A stretch of DNA of 64,000 bases from Candidatus Latescibacterota bacterium (lineage in GTDB: Bacteria > Latescibacterota > UBA2968 > GCA-2709665), in assembly GCA_965219995.1 (NCBI GenBank), contig CBDCOX010000002.1:480001-544000 (forward strand). Direction: 5' to 3'. The notes under the pieces are model-generated. The model made no database searches. It had not been told where the DNA came from and was given only the letters and a program-made list of their open reading frames with translations. A program made the position numbers and the translations under genes. This document shows positions 28,527-38,128 of the stretch, piece by piece (position 1 is the first letter of the stretch; every line of letters starts with the position of its first letter).

Positions 28527-29645
28527 TCAGCCGTCGCCCAGTTTGAGCATTTTTTCGGTCGATTTGAGCCCGTGTCCCGTGAGCGGCGCTACAATACACT
28601 CGTCAACGGACGCCGGGACTTTACTGAAGGCCGCTATGGCGGTTGCTGAGGTGGGTTCGGCGTAAAGGCCCTGGTTGCAGATTTCCAGCAGGGCTTTTTC
28701 AATTTCGTGGTCGGTCACGGAAACAACCTCGCCGCCGGTCTCCCGAACGATGTCCAGGATCTGCGAAGCGCGCGCGGGTTCGGCAATGGCAATTCCCTCG
28801 GCAAGGGTGTCCCCCGAGGACGCGTGGGGAATCCCGGGGAGTCGATCCCGCCACATCCGGTAGATGGGGGCGCAGCCGGCGGCCTGCACGGCGATCATTC
28901 TGGGTAGCCTGGCGATCAAACCGTTCTTCAGGAGGTCCTGGAATCCAAGAAAGGCGCCGATCAGCAGGGTGCCGTGCCCGGTGGGGACGATCAGGGCATC
29001 GGGCGCCGTAAATCCGAGCTGCTCCCAGATCTCGAATGCGTACGTCTTGGTCCCCTGAAAGAAAAACGGGTTCCAGACGTGGCTTGCATAGAAGTGGCGG
29101 TCGGCCGCTTCCATCGCCGCACGCGCCGTGGCTTCCCTGGAGCCGGGAACGCGGATCAGTTTTGCGCCGTAGAGTCGGATCTGCGCGAGTTTCCCCGGGG
29201 AAGTGGACTCGGGGACGAATATTTCACACGCCATTCCCGCCTTTGCCGCGTATGCGGCGACGGCGGCGCCGGCGTTGCCGGAGGAATCCTCCACGACTTT
29301 TTCAACACCCAGTTCGAGCGCGCGACTGATGAGTACGGATGCGCCGCGGTCTTTGAAGGAACCCGTGGGGAAGAGGTTCTCCTGCTTGACGGTAAGGGGT
29401 CTGCCATCGATCCGCGCCTGAACGAGCGGCGTAAATCCTTCGTTGAACGAGACGACGTGGTGGTCCGCGCTTATCGGCAGCGCTTCCCGATATCGCCACA
29501 TTCCGGGAGGCCGGCCGGTGATCCGGCGCGTGTCGATGGCGCCCTCGAAATCGACGTCGAGGGGCGCGCCGCAGCCGCATCTCCAGCGTCCGGTCGCCTC
29601 AGGATGGGTGGCGCCGCATGCCCGGCAGACCAACTGCATTGTCAT
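28527..29645 (-). CDS. thrC: Threonine synthase-like PLP enzyme
   Basis: N-terminal CxxC..CxC, PTGSFKDRG, SSGNAG, PTGHG and LTGHGLK motifs; substrate not certain. Confidence 0.7.
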   Translation of the reverse strand: MTMQLVCRACGATHPEATGRWRCGCGAPLDVDFEGAIDTRRITGRPPGMWRYREALPISADHHVVSFNEGFTPLVQARIDGRPLTVKQENLFPTGSFKDRGASVLISRALELGVEKVVEDSSGNAGAAVAAYAAKAGMACEIFVPESTSPGKLAQIRLYGAKLIRVPGSREATARAAMEAADRHFYASHVWNPFFFQGTKTYAFEIWEQLGFTAPDALIVPTGHGTLLIGAFLGFQDLLKNGLIARLPRMIAVQAAGCAPIYRMWRDRLPGIPHASSGDTLAEGIAIAEPARASQILDIVRETGGEVVSVTDHEIEKALLEICNQGLYAEPTSATAIAAFSKVPASVDECIVAPLTGHGLKSTEKMLKLGDG

Positions 29646-30430
29646 CGCTGAACTCTTCCTTTCAGCATGCCTGAGGTGATGGCGATCGCCGTGCGGCGCG
29701 GGAGGAACCGGCCCGTGAAATTGAGCACCCTGTTGACGAGGCCGTGGATCACGGAGGGCCTTTTGCCGAGGCTCTTCAAAGCCAGGGCCACAACGGCATC
29801 GGGCGCGGCCTCTCTGAGGCCGCTCGCATCCTTCATGCGGGCGACGCGGGTGAATTCGGTTCTCGTAAAGCCGGGCGAGAGCGACAGCGCGTCGATGCCT
29901 TCCTTCCTGTATTCCTTCCAGAGGGATTCGCCCATCAGAAGATTGAAGGCTTTCGTGGCGCCGTAGACGCCGAGATACGGGGTCGCCTGGTACGCGGCGG
30001 TGGATGCGAGGAAGATCAGCCCGCCGCGACCTCTCTCGAGCATACGGGGGAGGTAGTGGTTGGTGAGCTGTACCGGCACGACGCAGTTCAACACGGTCAT
30101 ATTCACGACGCGGCCCGGATCCTGGTCCGTATAAGCGCCGGAGAGGCCGAAACCGGCGTTGTTGACCAGCATCCCGACTTCAAGGTCGCCGGTCCGGTCT
30201 TCGATCCGCCGGCAGGCGTTGGGGTCCGTAAGGTCTGCGGAAACGACGCGCGTCCGTACGCCGTGAGCCCGCCGGATGGCGCCGGCGAGGGCTTCCATTC
30301 GTTCCGCCCGGCGGGCCACGAGCACCACGTTCAGGCCCCTGGCCGCGATCTGCTTCACGAATTCGGCCCCGAGGCCGGATGAGGCGCCGGTGACCACGGC
30401 CCACTCGCCATATTTCTCCCGCCATCTCAA
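29642..30430 (-). CDS. SDR family oxidoreductase (17-beta-HSD/DltE-like)
   Basis: YGEWAVVTGASSGLG, NNAG and YGATK motifs. Confidence 0.9.
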   Translation of the reverse strand: MRWREKYGEWAVVTGASSGLGAEFVKQIAARGLNVVLVARRAERMEALAGAIRRAHGVRTRVVSADLTDPNACRRIEDRTGDLEVGMLVNNAGFGLSGAYTDQDPGRVVNMTVLNCVVPVQLTNHYLPRMLERGRGGLIFLASTAAYQATPYLGVYGATKAFNLLMGESLWKEYRKEGIDALSLSPGFTRTEFTRVARMKDASGLREAAPDAVVALALKSLGKRPSVIHGLVNRVLNFTGRFLPRRTAIAITSGMLKGRVQR

Positions 30431-30512
30431 GGGTAATGCTCCTTAATAGCCAGTTGGACCCATGCCGTGACAGAACGCGCGAAACCGGGTCGGATTCTTC
30501 CATTGGGAACGA

Positions 30513-31364
30513 CTAGCATTTCAGTGCGGATTCGGCCAACGCGTCCGTATCGGCCACCATCCTGGCCCATGCGCTGTCGGTATAGTCGGGACCGAAGTCG
30601 AAGGGCGGGGTTTCGATGCACATGGTACGGTCGTAGCCGATGCGAGCGGCATGCCGGAAAAATAAACGCCAGTCCACTCTGCCGTGGCCGGGGGCGAGGT
30701 GGGAATCACGGTCGCCCGCGTTGTCCGCCAGATGAAATGCGACCATGCGGGGTGCCATGACTTCAAAGAATCGGTGCGCATCTCCACGGCCGGCCACCAG
30801 GGCGTGGCCGGTGTCCAGGCAGAACCCGAGGTTGGGATGCGCGAAGTCCCTGATGATCCGCTCGAAATGTTCCGGCCTGGACGTGAACCGACCGCCGCCC
30901 GAGGGCAGCATATTCTCCAGGGCGATCGTGAAGTCGAGGGCTTCCGCTTCCCGCAGGAGCGTCTCGAGGCTCTTTCCGATCTGGCGGAAATAGGTCTCCA
31001 GGCCCTCCACGCCGGCGTCGGTCCGATTGGTCGTTGGATGCTGTATGCCAACGGTGGCCCCGAGGAGCGACGCTTTTCTCATCCAGAAGCGCATATTGTC
31101 CACGGCCCGCCGGCGTGTCGTTTCATAGAAGGAAGCGATGTCGTCGTCGGCAGAAAAGGGCAGATGAAACGTTTCGATGCAGAGGCCGGCGTCTCGATAG
31201 CTGGCGCCCAGTACCTGGAGTTCGGTTTCGGTTTTTCCTTCAAAAAGCGGCGGTGAGCCTTCGATGCCCGCCAGACCCGCGAAGCGACAGGTTTCCACGA
31301 TTTCATCGTGGGATTTCCCGGCCAGTGTATACCCTGTTGTGGTCCACGTCCATGCCTTTCGCAT
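30513..31364 (-). CDS. Sugar phosphate isomerase/epimerase
   Basis: ALENM, CLDTGH, FHLADN, DSHLAPGHG and CIE motifs. Confidence 0.88.
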   Translation of the reverse strand: MRKAWTWTTTGYTLAGKSHDEIVETCRFAGLAGIEGSPPLFEGKTETELQVLGASYRDAGLCIETFHLPFSADDDIASFYETTRRRAVDNMRFWMRKASLLGATVGIQHPTTNRTDAGVEGLETYFRQIGKSLETLLREAEALDFTIALENMLPSGGGRFTSRPEHFERIIRDFAHPNLGFCLDTGHALVAGRGDAHRFFEVMAPRMVAFHLADNAGDRDSHLAPGHGRVDWRLFFRHAARIGYDRTMCIETPPFDFGPDYTDSAWARMVADTDALAESALKC

Positions 31365-31480
31365 GATGGTTTCCTTCTTGAATGTGTGAAACGGGTGAGC
31401 GCAGGCACGCTCGAATGGTTGGGCGCTACCCGGTCCCTGACCCTCGGCCTCGCCTGCAGAGCGACTCTTTCAACGGAATG

Positions 31481-32257
31481 CTACACCTTTGCCGCCTGCG
31501 CCCTCTTTCCCTCCCAGCGATCGTACCAGTCCAGCAGTTGAGGCGATGGCGCGAAGTCATGTATGGTCACCCGTTTGCGTCCGGGCAGATAATTGCCGAT
31601 GTGCCATCCATTGGGATGGTAGAGCGCGAAATCCCCCGCGTCCATATACAGCCGCTCGGAACGCGGCATCGCCTGGGTATACTCCAGACACGCGCGTTCC
31701 CGTGCTTCGTACGGTACGTCTTCCGGAGGCAGGGGAGCCCCGGCCGCGTCGGCCTCCTCGGGCAGATCGTCTCGCAGGTAGCTTCCCGGCACGTACCACG
31801 TGCAGTTGTCCTCATAGAGCGGGCAGTTGATCTGGTTGAACCAGAGCGGGTCGCGGTTCACGCGGCGAAACTCCTCCACGTCTGGAACGTTGGATGTCTC
31901 CCGAAGGTCCCGGTGCCAACGGGTGCACCAGGGCTGGTCCTCTGGCTCCAGCAACAGTCCCATTCGCTTGAGTTCGCTATTGGCGATTCTGTGCTCGGGG
32001 GTAAGCACCCGGCTGACGGCGTCCACCAGCGGGGGAAATTCCGCATAGTCGTGAAACGGCCTCATATCGATGCCGTAATTGGCAATGGGCTGGAGGCGCT
32101 GAGCCTGCGGGCCCCGTTTTTCACGGGCGTAGACGTGCGCCTTCGCCGCGGCCCGACGCAGGTCGCGGATGAGCGGCGGCGGCAGGATCTGCCGGAAGAT
32201 AACACAACCCCTAGAACGGTAGTCGCGGATCATCGATTCATGGAATCTGAAACCCAT
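31481..32257 (-). CDS. Phytanoyl-CoA dioxygenase (PhyH) family Fe(II)/2OG enzyme
   Basis: WHRD (HxD), VPGS, AGD...WH.G and distal R; GGAGG RBS before MGFRFH (32257). Confidence 0.8.
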   Translation of the reverse strand: MGFRFHESMIRDYRSRGCVIFRQILPPPLIRDLRRAAAKAHVYAREKRGPQAQRLQPIANYGIDMRPFHDYAEFPPLVDAVSRVLTPEHRIANSELKRMGLLLEPEDQPWCTRWHRDLRETSNVPDVEEFRRVNRDPLWFNQINCPLYEDNCTWYVPGSYLRDDLPEEADAAGAPLPPEDVPYEARERACLEYTQAMPRSERLYMDAGDFALYHPNGWHIGNYLPGRKRVTIHDFAPSPQLLDWYDRWEGKRAQAAKV

Positions 32258-32268
32258 TGCCGCCTCCT

Positions 32269-32829
32269 TCACGACACCTTCCTGACACTGTCTCCCACCC
32301 GAACGGTGCCCGGCTGGACCACGCTCGCATTGAGACCGCGAAGCCGGAGCCGCTTTCCCGTGAGTGAATTGACGAACTTCATCGCATCGACGCCAAAACG
32401 GGAAACGAATTTGCGGCAGCCCGTATGGGGTTGCTCGGACACCCGGATGACGGCGCCGCCGATCGCCAGCCGGGTGCCTGACGGCAGGTTTTCTTCGCTC
32501 AGATTCAGGTCTATATACAACTGGTCTCCGGCGAGTTGCCAGCGGTTGTCGTCTTGTGCAACCAGGGCGGCGCACCGGGCGTTCATAACGTTGAGTTGCA
32601 TGTCGGGGTTCGCGGATCCGTCGGGGGTGCTGGAACTCCCGCGAGTCTTCCAGTTGTCGCCGACGAGGCCGGATGCAGGGTGAAGTTCGCCTTCGGCGAG
32701 GACTTCCCGCTGGTCGGTTTCCGGCCGCCGCACGATCAACTTCAGCACGCCCGCGTCGTCCGGTGAATTCCGAACATGGCCCAGTCCCGCTTCGAGTTCT
32801 TTCATTGTCAGGTGTCTTACGTCGTCCAT
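32269..32829 (-). CDS. MOSC domain protein
   Basis: GLVGD, AGDQL, PHTGCRKF and LRGLNA motifs. Confidence 0.88.
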   Translation of the reverse strand: MDDVRHLTMKELEAGLGHVRNSPDDAGVLKLIVRRPETDQREVLAEGELHPASGLVGDNWKTRGSSSTPDGSANPDMQLNVMNARCAALVAQDDNRWQLAGDQLYIDLNLSEENLPSGTRLAIGGAVIRVSEQPHTGCRKFVSRFGVDAMKFVNSLTGKRLRLRGLNASVVQPGTVRVGDSVRKVS

Positions 32830-32934
32830 ATCCGCCCTCCCTCTTCAAGTTTGACAACAGTTGGAAAAATGCCGCCGCGGGTGGACTGCCCCCGGTCGGG
32901 GCGTCACGCGGCATCGCTGTTCCCTGACGACCAT

Positions 32935-33621
32935 TCAGGTTGGGGATGCGGGCCAGTCGAACCCGTATCCGACCCCTCTTACCGTGGAAATCACGCCGTT
33001 GAAGCCGGTCAGCTTCGCCCGAAGTCGCGCGACGTGGACGTCGACGGTGCGCATACCGCCGTGATAATCGTACCCCCAGATGCGGTCTAGCAAGTCCGAA
33101 CGGGTGAAGACGCGGCCACGGTGGACGACAAGGTACTTCAATAATTCGTACTCTTTCAGCGTCAGGTCGACGAGCGCACCGCCGACCCGGACTTCATACC
33201 GGACGAGGTTGATGACCAGGTCGCCCAACCGGATCGCATCTCTTTGTTTCCCGCGCCCGAGGATCAGTCGCAGGCGGGTCTTCAGTTGTCCGGGCGAGTA
33301 GGGACGGGTGATGAAGTCGGTTATTCCCGCGGAGAAGTCGAGGTTCGTGACGCGTTCTTCGTCGGTGATCAGCAGCAATGGCGTTTTTCGGGCGCCCGGA
33401 GACCGGAGCAGGCGTTGAACACGATCAGGCAGTTCGCCAGCGAAAGTTCCGTCGTCGACGACAACGAGATCAGCGGGGTTGCCCGGCAGGCTGGGGGCGT
33501 CGGGCATGACAGCTGAATCCGGGTTCCAGGCCGGGCGAGAAACGGTATGACCGATCGATTCCAGGTCTGACTTGAGTTGTCTGCCCTGTGTCTCGCCGGC
33601 AAGCAGCAGGATGTAGGACAT
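32935..33621 (-). CDS. OmpR-family winged-helix regulator with atypical receiver (GlnR-like)
   Basis: LTLKEYELL, RTVDVHVARLRAKL and TVRGVGY; the receiver lacks the acidic pair and has R in place of the conserved K. Confidence 0.85.
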   Translation of the reverse strand: MSYILLLAGETQGRQLKSDLESIGHTVSRPAWNPDSAVMPDAPSLPGNPADLVVVDDGTFAGELPDRVQRLLRSPGARKTPLLLITDEERVTNLDFSAGITDFITRPYSPGQLKTRLRLILGRGKQRDAIRLGDLVINLVRYEVRVGGALVDLTLKEYELLKYLVVHRGRVFTRSDLLDRIWGYDYHGGMRTVDVHVARLRAKLTGFNGVISTVRGVGYGFDWPASPT

Positions 33622-33913
33622 AGAATCGGCGCAGCGGTTTGGCTCGGTTGCGCGCTGGCGGGCACTCCGGACAAAAACCAGCGGCCCGGTCCGCTTCGCC
33701 CCGATGGATGTCGGAACTGCAGGCCGAGGACCCAAAACTACAGTCTGCGGCGCGGCTCTGTCAAGGCCTATCTAATCCTGGCAAGGCCCACTGAAACAGC
33801 GGACTTTCCGGACATGCGGCGGTGACGACCGGACTTTCTGCAGCCGTTGTTACGCAATATACACGACCAAGAGGGCCGAAACGGCTCGCGGCCCCGGCCC
33901 TCTTGCGGGTAAA

Positions 33914-34004
33914 AATATAACAAGAATCGCAATCGAAGTCAACAAAATTAAATCCTTTAAAAACATAATATTAAATTGACTTTTTCGATTCTATTTTGTA
34001 TTTT
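33914..34004. promoter_or_regulatory. Back-to-back divergent sigma70-type promoters in an AT-rich tract
   Basis: Minus strand: TTGACT (33942-33937)-17-TATATT. Plus strand: TTGACT (33976-33981)-17-TATTTT. Confidence 0.65.
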
Positions 34005-34093
34005 TCGGCCGCAGGGGAGTCGTTTCTTTTCCTGGTCTTCAACTCCGGTGGTTGCTGAAGAGTGCGTTCCGTGTCTGCGGGCAGAGGGTTTCA

Positions 34094-35092
34094 ATGGATC
34101 GGAAGCCGGCCATACGCGAGCGGAAGCAATGTTCTGTCTGCGGCGCTGAGATTCCGGAAGGCCGCAGGGAGGTCATGCCCGGCGCGTCGACGTGTGTGAA
34201 ATGCCAGGAGGAGCGGGAACTGGCGAACGGGACGGACGACGTCCGAGAGGAGACCTCCGGCACGTCGGCGCCCGCGGAACCGGGTTCGATAGAGGTCGAG
34301 GGGAACCTGGTTTTGTCGGGAAACTGGTCCGGGAATCTGATGGACCTGATCGGGCGTGAAAGGGAGCTCAGACAGTTATTGGCGTCCGGCGACGTCGAAC
34401 GGGTGCGAACGCTGATGCAGGCACTGCCCGTGGAAGAGCAGGCGGCGCTGGTGGCGATGAGCGATGCGCCGGAGGAGATGCTCTCGATGACCGGCGCCGA
34501 CCGTTCCGGCGTACCGGGGTACAGCCACAGGGTGGTGGAGCTTCTGCCCGCCGAGACCCTGGGCAATCTGGTTTCGGTAAACCCGGATGAATGGAAGTTC
34601 AACACGGAACTGATCCGGGCGATGTCACCGGGTGTTCTGCGGCGCACGATGGCGGAAACCCTGGACAGTGTGGACAATCCCGCCTTGCGCACCCGCGTGT
34701 CCTGGGAGTGGCTGAAGGCCCTTGCAACGCTCAAGGAGTTCGACCGACGGGCGGCGTTGCTGCGCGCCGTGGACCCGTCTCTTCTGGAGGATGCGCTGCT
34801 GGACCGCATGGATGATCTGAATCTGAATGAGATCGTCGGGCCGCCTGGTTTTCAGGTCTATCGTTTCCGGCTTTTTTCCGAGGAAGGGCTGGGCGGGACC
34901 CGCCCGAGCGCGTTTATCGACGATCCGGAAACCGGCATCGTTCTCGATGCGCTCTATGAAGCCGCGCCGGGCCTGCTTTCCCGTGTGATTCGGGGAGCGT
35001 GGGAACGGTCCGTAGACGAGAAGGAGGAAGACGCAAAACCGGCGCAGCAACCGGAGGAGAATCAAGCGGAGACCGGAGGAGCAGACCCGTGA
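34094..35092 (+). CDS. DksA/TraR-type C4 zinc finger fused to a helical domain (DUF6178 N-half-like)
   Basis: CSVCGAEIPEGRREVMPGASTCVKCQ zinc finger at the N-terminus, followed by about 280 aa of acidic helical sequence. Confidence 0.65.
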   Translation: MDRKPAIRERKQCSVCGAEIPEGRREVMPGASTCVKCQEERELANGTDDVREETSGTSAPAEPGSIEVEGNLVLSGNWSGNLMDLIGRERELRQLLASGDVERVRTLMQALPVEEQAALVAMSDAPEEMLSMTGADRSGVPGYSHRVVELLPAETLGNLVSVNPDEWKFNTELIRAMSPGVLRRTMAETLDSVDNPALRTRVSWEWLKALATLKEFDRRAALLRAVDPSLLEDALLDRMDDLNLNEIVGPPGFQVYRFRLFSEEGLGGTRPSAFIDDPETGIVLDALYEAAPGLLSRVIRGAWERSVDEKEEDAKPAQQPEENQAETGGADP

Positions 35093-35988
35093 ACCCGTTG
35101 GCGATTGTCGACCTCGAGGGGCTCAGGCTCGATTCGGAGGGCTTTTTAGGCCAGGCGTTTGCGCTGGGCATGAAATATGACAAGCTCCCCGAGCACGCTC
35201 CCGACGTTCTGCTGTCTTATCTGCGAACCGAAGGCGCCAGGTTTGGCCGACGGTACCGGACCGGGATCGCCGTTTCGCGTGATGTTCTGTTTCAGGGCGT
35301 GCGCCAGGCGCTGGTCAGCCTGGAACTGGGCCTGACGGTTTCGGCGGAGAACGATCTCAACCGGGCGGTGGACCTGCTTGCAAAGGCCGAATACGAGAAG
35401 ATACGCAAGCGGGGCTGGGAGGAAGCATACGCCCGGCTGGAGGAAATGGGGCGGGTCTGCCGCTCGATTTCGGGAAGACCGGAAGCGCATCTCCTGCAGG
35501 ATTACGGCTGGCAGATCGATCGCTGGTCCCGGGTCGTTCCCGAGACGTGGACGGTTTCGGGCGCGGAGGACGAAGAGGTCGCGGAAGTGGACCCGCTGCG
35601 GGATTACCCGCAGTTTCTGGCACTGCACGCCAGACTACGTTTTATTCGGCTTCTGCCATCCCGTGTCCTGCTGCCATTTGCCGAGGCGGCAGACGAGTGC
35701 GGATTCAGTGATTTCCTGCGGCACCTCGTTCTGGCGCTGGCGCTGGAACGTGATACCCTCGTCCCGGATGCATCTGCTGTTGCTGCCTTTGAATCCGAGT
35801 GTTTCGGTTCTGAAGGAATGGCGCCGTGGGCGCGGGACAAGGTGATGAGGAAGGCGAAGGATATGGCGCGCGAGGCGGCTGACGATTCAGGCTTGCGGAT
35901 GCTGCTGATTCAGGATCTGGAAGCTGAGATCTCCGGTCTCGAGGTCGCCGTTGCGCCGCTCGCGGACCTGTTCGTGACCGGCGCCTGA
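35089..35988 (+). CDS. Hypothetical protein (DUF6178/DUF6179 C-half-like)
   Basis: GTGA start/stop overlap with the upstream gene and a GGAGGA RBS; 299 aa, helical. Confidence 0.65.
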   Translation: MNPLAIVDLEGLRLDSEGFLGQAFALGMKYDKLPEHAPDVLLSYLRTEGARFGRRYRTGIAVSRDVLFQGVRQALVSLELGLTVSAENDLNRAVDLLAKAEYEKIRKRGWEEAYARLEEMGRVCRSISGRPEAHLLQDYGWQIDRWSRVVPETWTVSGAEDEEVAEVDPLRDYPQFLALHARLRFIRLLPSRVLLPFAEAADECGFSDFLRHLVLALALERDTLVPDASAVAAFESECFGSEGMAPWARDKVMRKAKDMAREAADDSGLRMLLIQDLEAEISGLEVAVAPLADLFVTGA

Positions 35989-36150
35989 ACCGGTTTACCG
36001 CTGGCCGGGATCCGATTCCGACGTCCCCAACCACTTCCCGGCGACCCGGTCAGCCCAACTCAGACGTTTCACCTGTAACCTTGCAGCGAGTGGATGTGGA
36101 ATTCTGCCGGTCGCGGATCGGTGGTATTGACATCGGGATCTGTCGTCCGC

Positions 36151-37650
36151 TCAGGATACGGATTTTCCGAAATGCCTGGCAAGGACCAGGAAATCAGGGA
36201 AATTGACGTGTCCGTCGCCATTCAGATCGAACGCAGGATCGAAGTCTGGCACGCCCTCCTGCCTTCCGAATTGCCGCGCAAACAGCAGGAAATCGTTGAA
36301 GTCCACCTGCCCGCTGCCGTCGAAATCGACGCTGACGATCTCTTCCCGCTCCCAGGTGCGCACCCTCCCCATAAACGCGAGAATGGCGTCGGAATCGACG
36401 AAGTCGCCGCATTCCAGGACCAGCACGTCCCGCCCGTCCTGCGATACGGCAATGGATCCCGTATCGGCGGGGTATTTCAGAGTGAGCAATTCACGATAGG
36501 CATCCGCGAAGTCGTCCGCGTCGTCCGCGGTATCCCAACTCGTGTAAATGAGAAGCAGCAGACTCCGTCCGTCCCGCGACTGGAATACGGCGTACCGGTC
36601 ACCGTTCCAACCCGCCGAAGCCGATACACCGCGGGCTTCCATTTCAAAAACGGTGAAGATGATCCGCCACGTCATTTCCCCGATCGTGTCCTCGTCAAGC
36701 AACGTCCAGTTGTCGAACAGACCGGCTTCCCGGAACGACGGCCACGTCAACCGGTCCGGCATTTCGCCGGTTACCCATTTTCCCGGATGCAGGATCTGCT
36801 CGGTGGACGCGGGAGGTTCCACGTAGAGTCGATTGACCTCGTTCCACCCGTAACTCTGAATATGGTGGACGAAATTCATGCCGTAACTGTAGACGAAAGC
36901 TTGCTGCAGCAGCATGAATTCAGGAAGTTGATCAATTGACTGCAGCGTCTGCGGAGAACTTCCCTGCAATCGCGCAAGCTGCTTCATTCCGTCTCGCATG
37001 GCCTCGACGTCGATTCTCAACTGTCTGCCGATCAGGCCCTGCAGGAGCCCGCGCCCCGGCATCCGCCCGTTCCGGTTATTCAGGGCCCAGATGGTCTCGA
37101 CGTAGGTGGCGTCGCCTTCGCCGACGGCCTGTCGCGCGAGCAGTTCGTCGGTATTCAGCGTATCGACCCCGGAAGGCAGGTACCGGTTGAGGTCGAAATG
37201 CTGGTCCTGCAGACCGTGGCAGAGTTCGTGGGCCAGGACGGCCTCCAGCAATTCGACGGGGAGGTTTTCCTTCAGGATATAGAACCGGTCCACGTCCGGA
37301 TCGTAGTAGGCCAGCGCGCCGGTTTGCAGGAACGTGAGTATCGACGAGCGATCGAGGATTGCATCTCCCCGGTAGAGCCCCAGTTTTCGTATGACCGGAT
37401 CGTAGTTCTCCCATTCTGCGGCGGTATATTGCCTGTCCAGCTGGCGCTCTCCAAACGCCCGAAACTCCGCCGGACTTTGAATCGCCACGTCAATCGACCA
37501 CTTGAACGCAAGCTCCCGGATCCGTGAGACCTCATCCGAAATCTCTCCGGCCCGTTGCCTGAGTTGCGCAAGGTTCTGCGCCCGGGCGGGGACTTCCAAC
37601 AGGACGACTGCAAGGATGGCGAACGGGGCCAGGTGTCGGACGAGCCTCAT
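36151..37650 (-). CDS. Secreted zincin-like metallopeptidase with C-terminal dockerin/EF-hand-like repeat
   Basis: Signal peptide (..PARA-Q); HELCHGLQDQ (HExxH), EGDAT, PPASTEQILHP; tail DFDGSGQVDFNDF...DLNGDGHVNFPDF. Confidence 0.8.
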   Translation of the reverse strand: MRLVRHLAPFAILAVVLLEVPARAQNLAQLRQRAGEISDEVSRIRELAFKWSIDVAIQSPAEFRAFGERQLDRQYTAAEWENYDPVIRKLGLYRGDAILDRSSILTFLQTGALAYYDPDVDRFYILKENLPVELLEAVLAHELCHGLQDQHFDLNRYLPSGVDTLNTDELLARQAVGEGDATYVETIWALNNRNGRMPGRGLLQGLIGRQLRIDVEAMRDGMKQLARLQGSSPQTLQSIDQLPEFMLLQQAFVYSYGMNFVHHIQSYGWNEVNRLYVEPPASTEQILHPGKWVTGEMPDRLTWPSFREAGLFDNWTLLDEDTIGEMTWRIIFTVFEMEARGVSASAGWNGDRYAVFQSRDGRSLLLLIYTSWDTADDADDFADAYRELLTLKYPADTGSIAVSQDGRDVLVLECGDFVDSDAILAFMGRVRTWEREEIVSVDFDGSGQVDFNDFLLFARQFGRQEGVPDFDPAFDLNGDGHVNFPDFLVLARHFGKSVS

Positions 37651-37663
37651 GCGGATCCGGCCC

Positions 37664-38074
37664 TCACGTTGGCGACTCTTTTTCAGCGGCGCGTCGGCGG
37701 GATTCCCGGCCTTTGTCGGGGGTGGGGTCTTTTACCAGGCCGTAGGATTCCCGGCCTTCGTGTCCTTCAGGAAGGTATTCGGTGACGGGCAGGCCTTCGG
37801 GGGTGACGAAAAGGAGGCAATGGCAGTACTTGTAGATCTTCATCTCGTCGCAGGCGCAGATCCATTCCCTGCTGCGTTCCAGTTCCGCTTTCTTGTCCGG
37901 GTAGAAGTTGCACGGGCACAGCGGACGACCGAGTTCGTCGACGTGTGCCGCCAGCCCGTTGACCACGGCCTCCGTGATGCCCCGGTCGGGATGACCGGTC
38001 GTGCCGGTTTTCTCGCAATATTTCTCGAAGTAGACCCACATCCGCTTCAGGCTCTTTTCCGATGGCTGGTCCAT
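37664..38074 (-). CDS. ftrB: Ferredoxin:thioredoxin reductase catalytic subunit
   Basis: GLAAH..GRPLCPC, WICAC and YCHCLLF motifs (CPC/CxC/CHC). Confidence 0.88.
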   Translation of the reverse strand: MDQPSEKSLKRMWVYFEKYCEKTGTTGHPDRGITEAVVNGLAAHVDELGRPLCPCNFYPDKKAELERSREWICACDEMKIYKYCHCLLFVTPEGLPVTEYLPEGHEGRESYGLVKDPTPDKGRESRRRAAEKESPT

Positions 38075-38128
38075 TGGGGATCTCCAGGGTGTCGGGGGTC
38101 TGTCAGCGCCGATCGATCCGGCCGGAAC

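Noticed and set aside
36127-36156. Antisense promoter starting TTGACA at the end of the peptidase gene
   Set aside because: No credible -10 box at 16-18 nt spacing.
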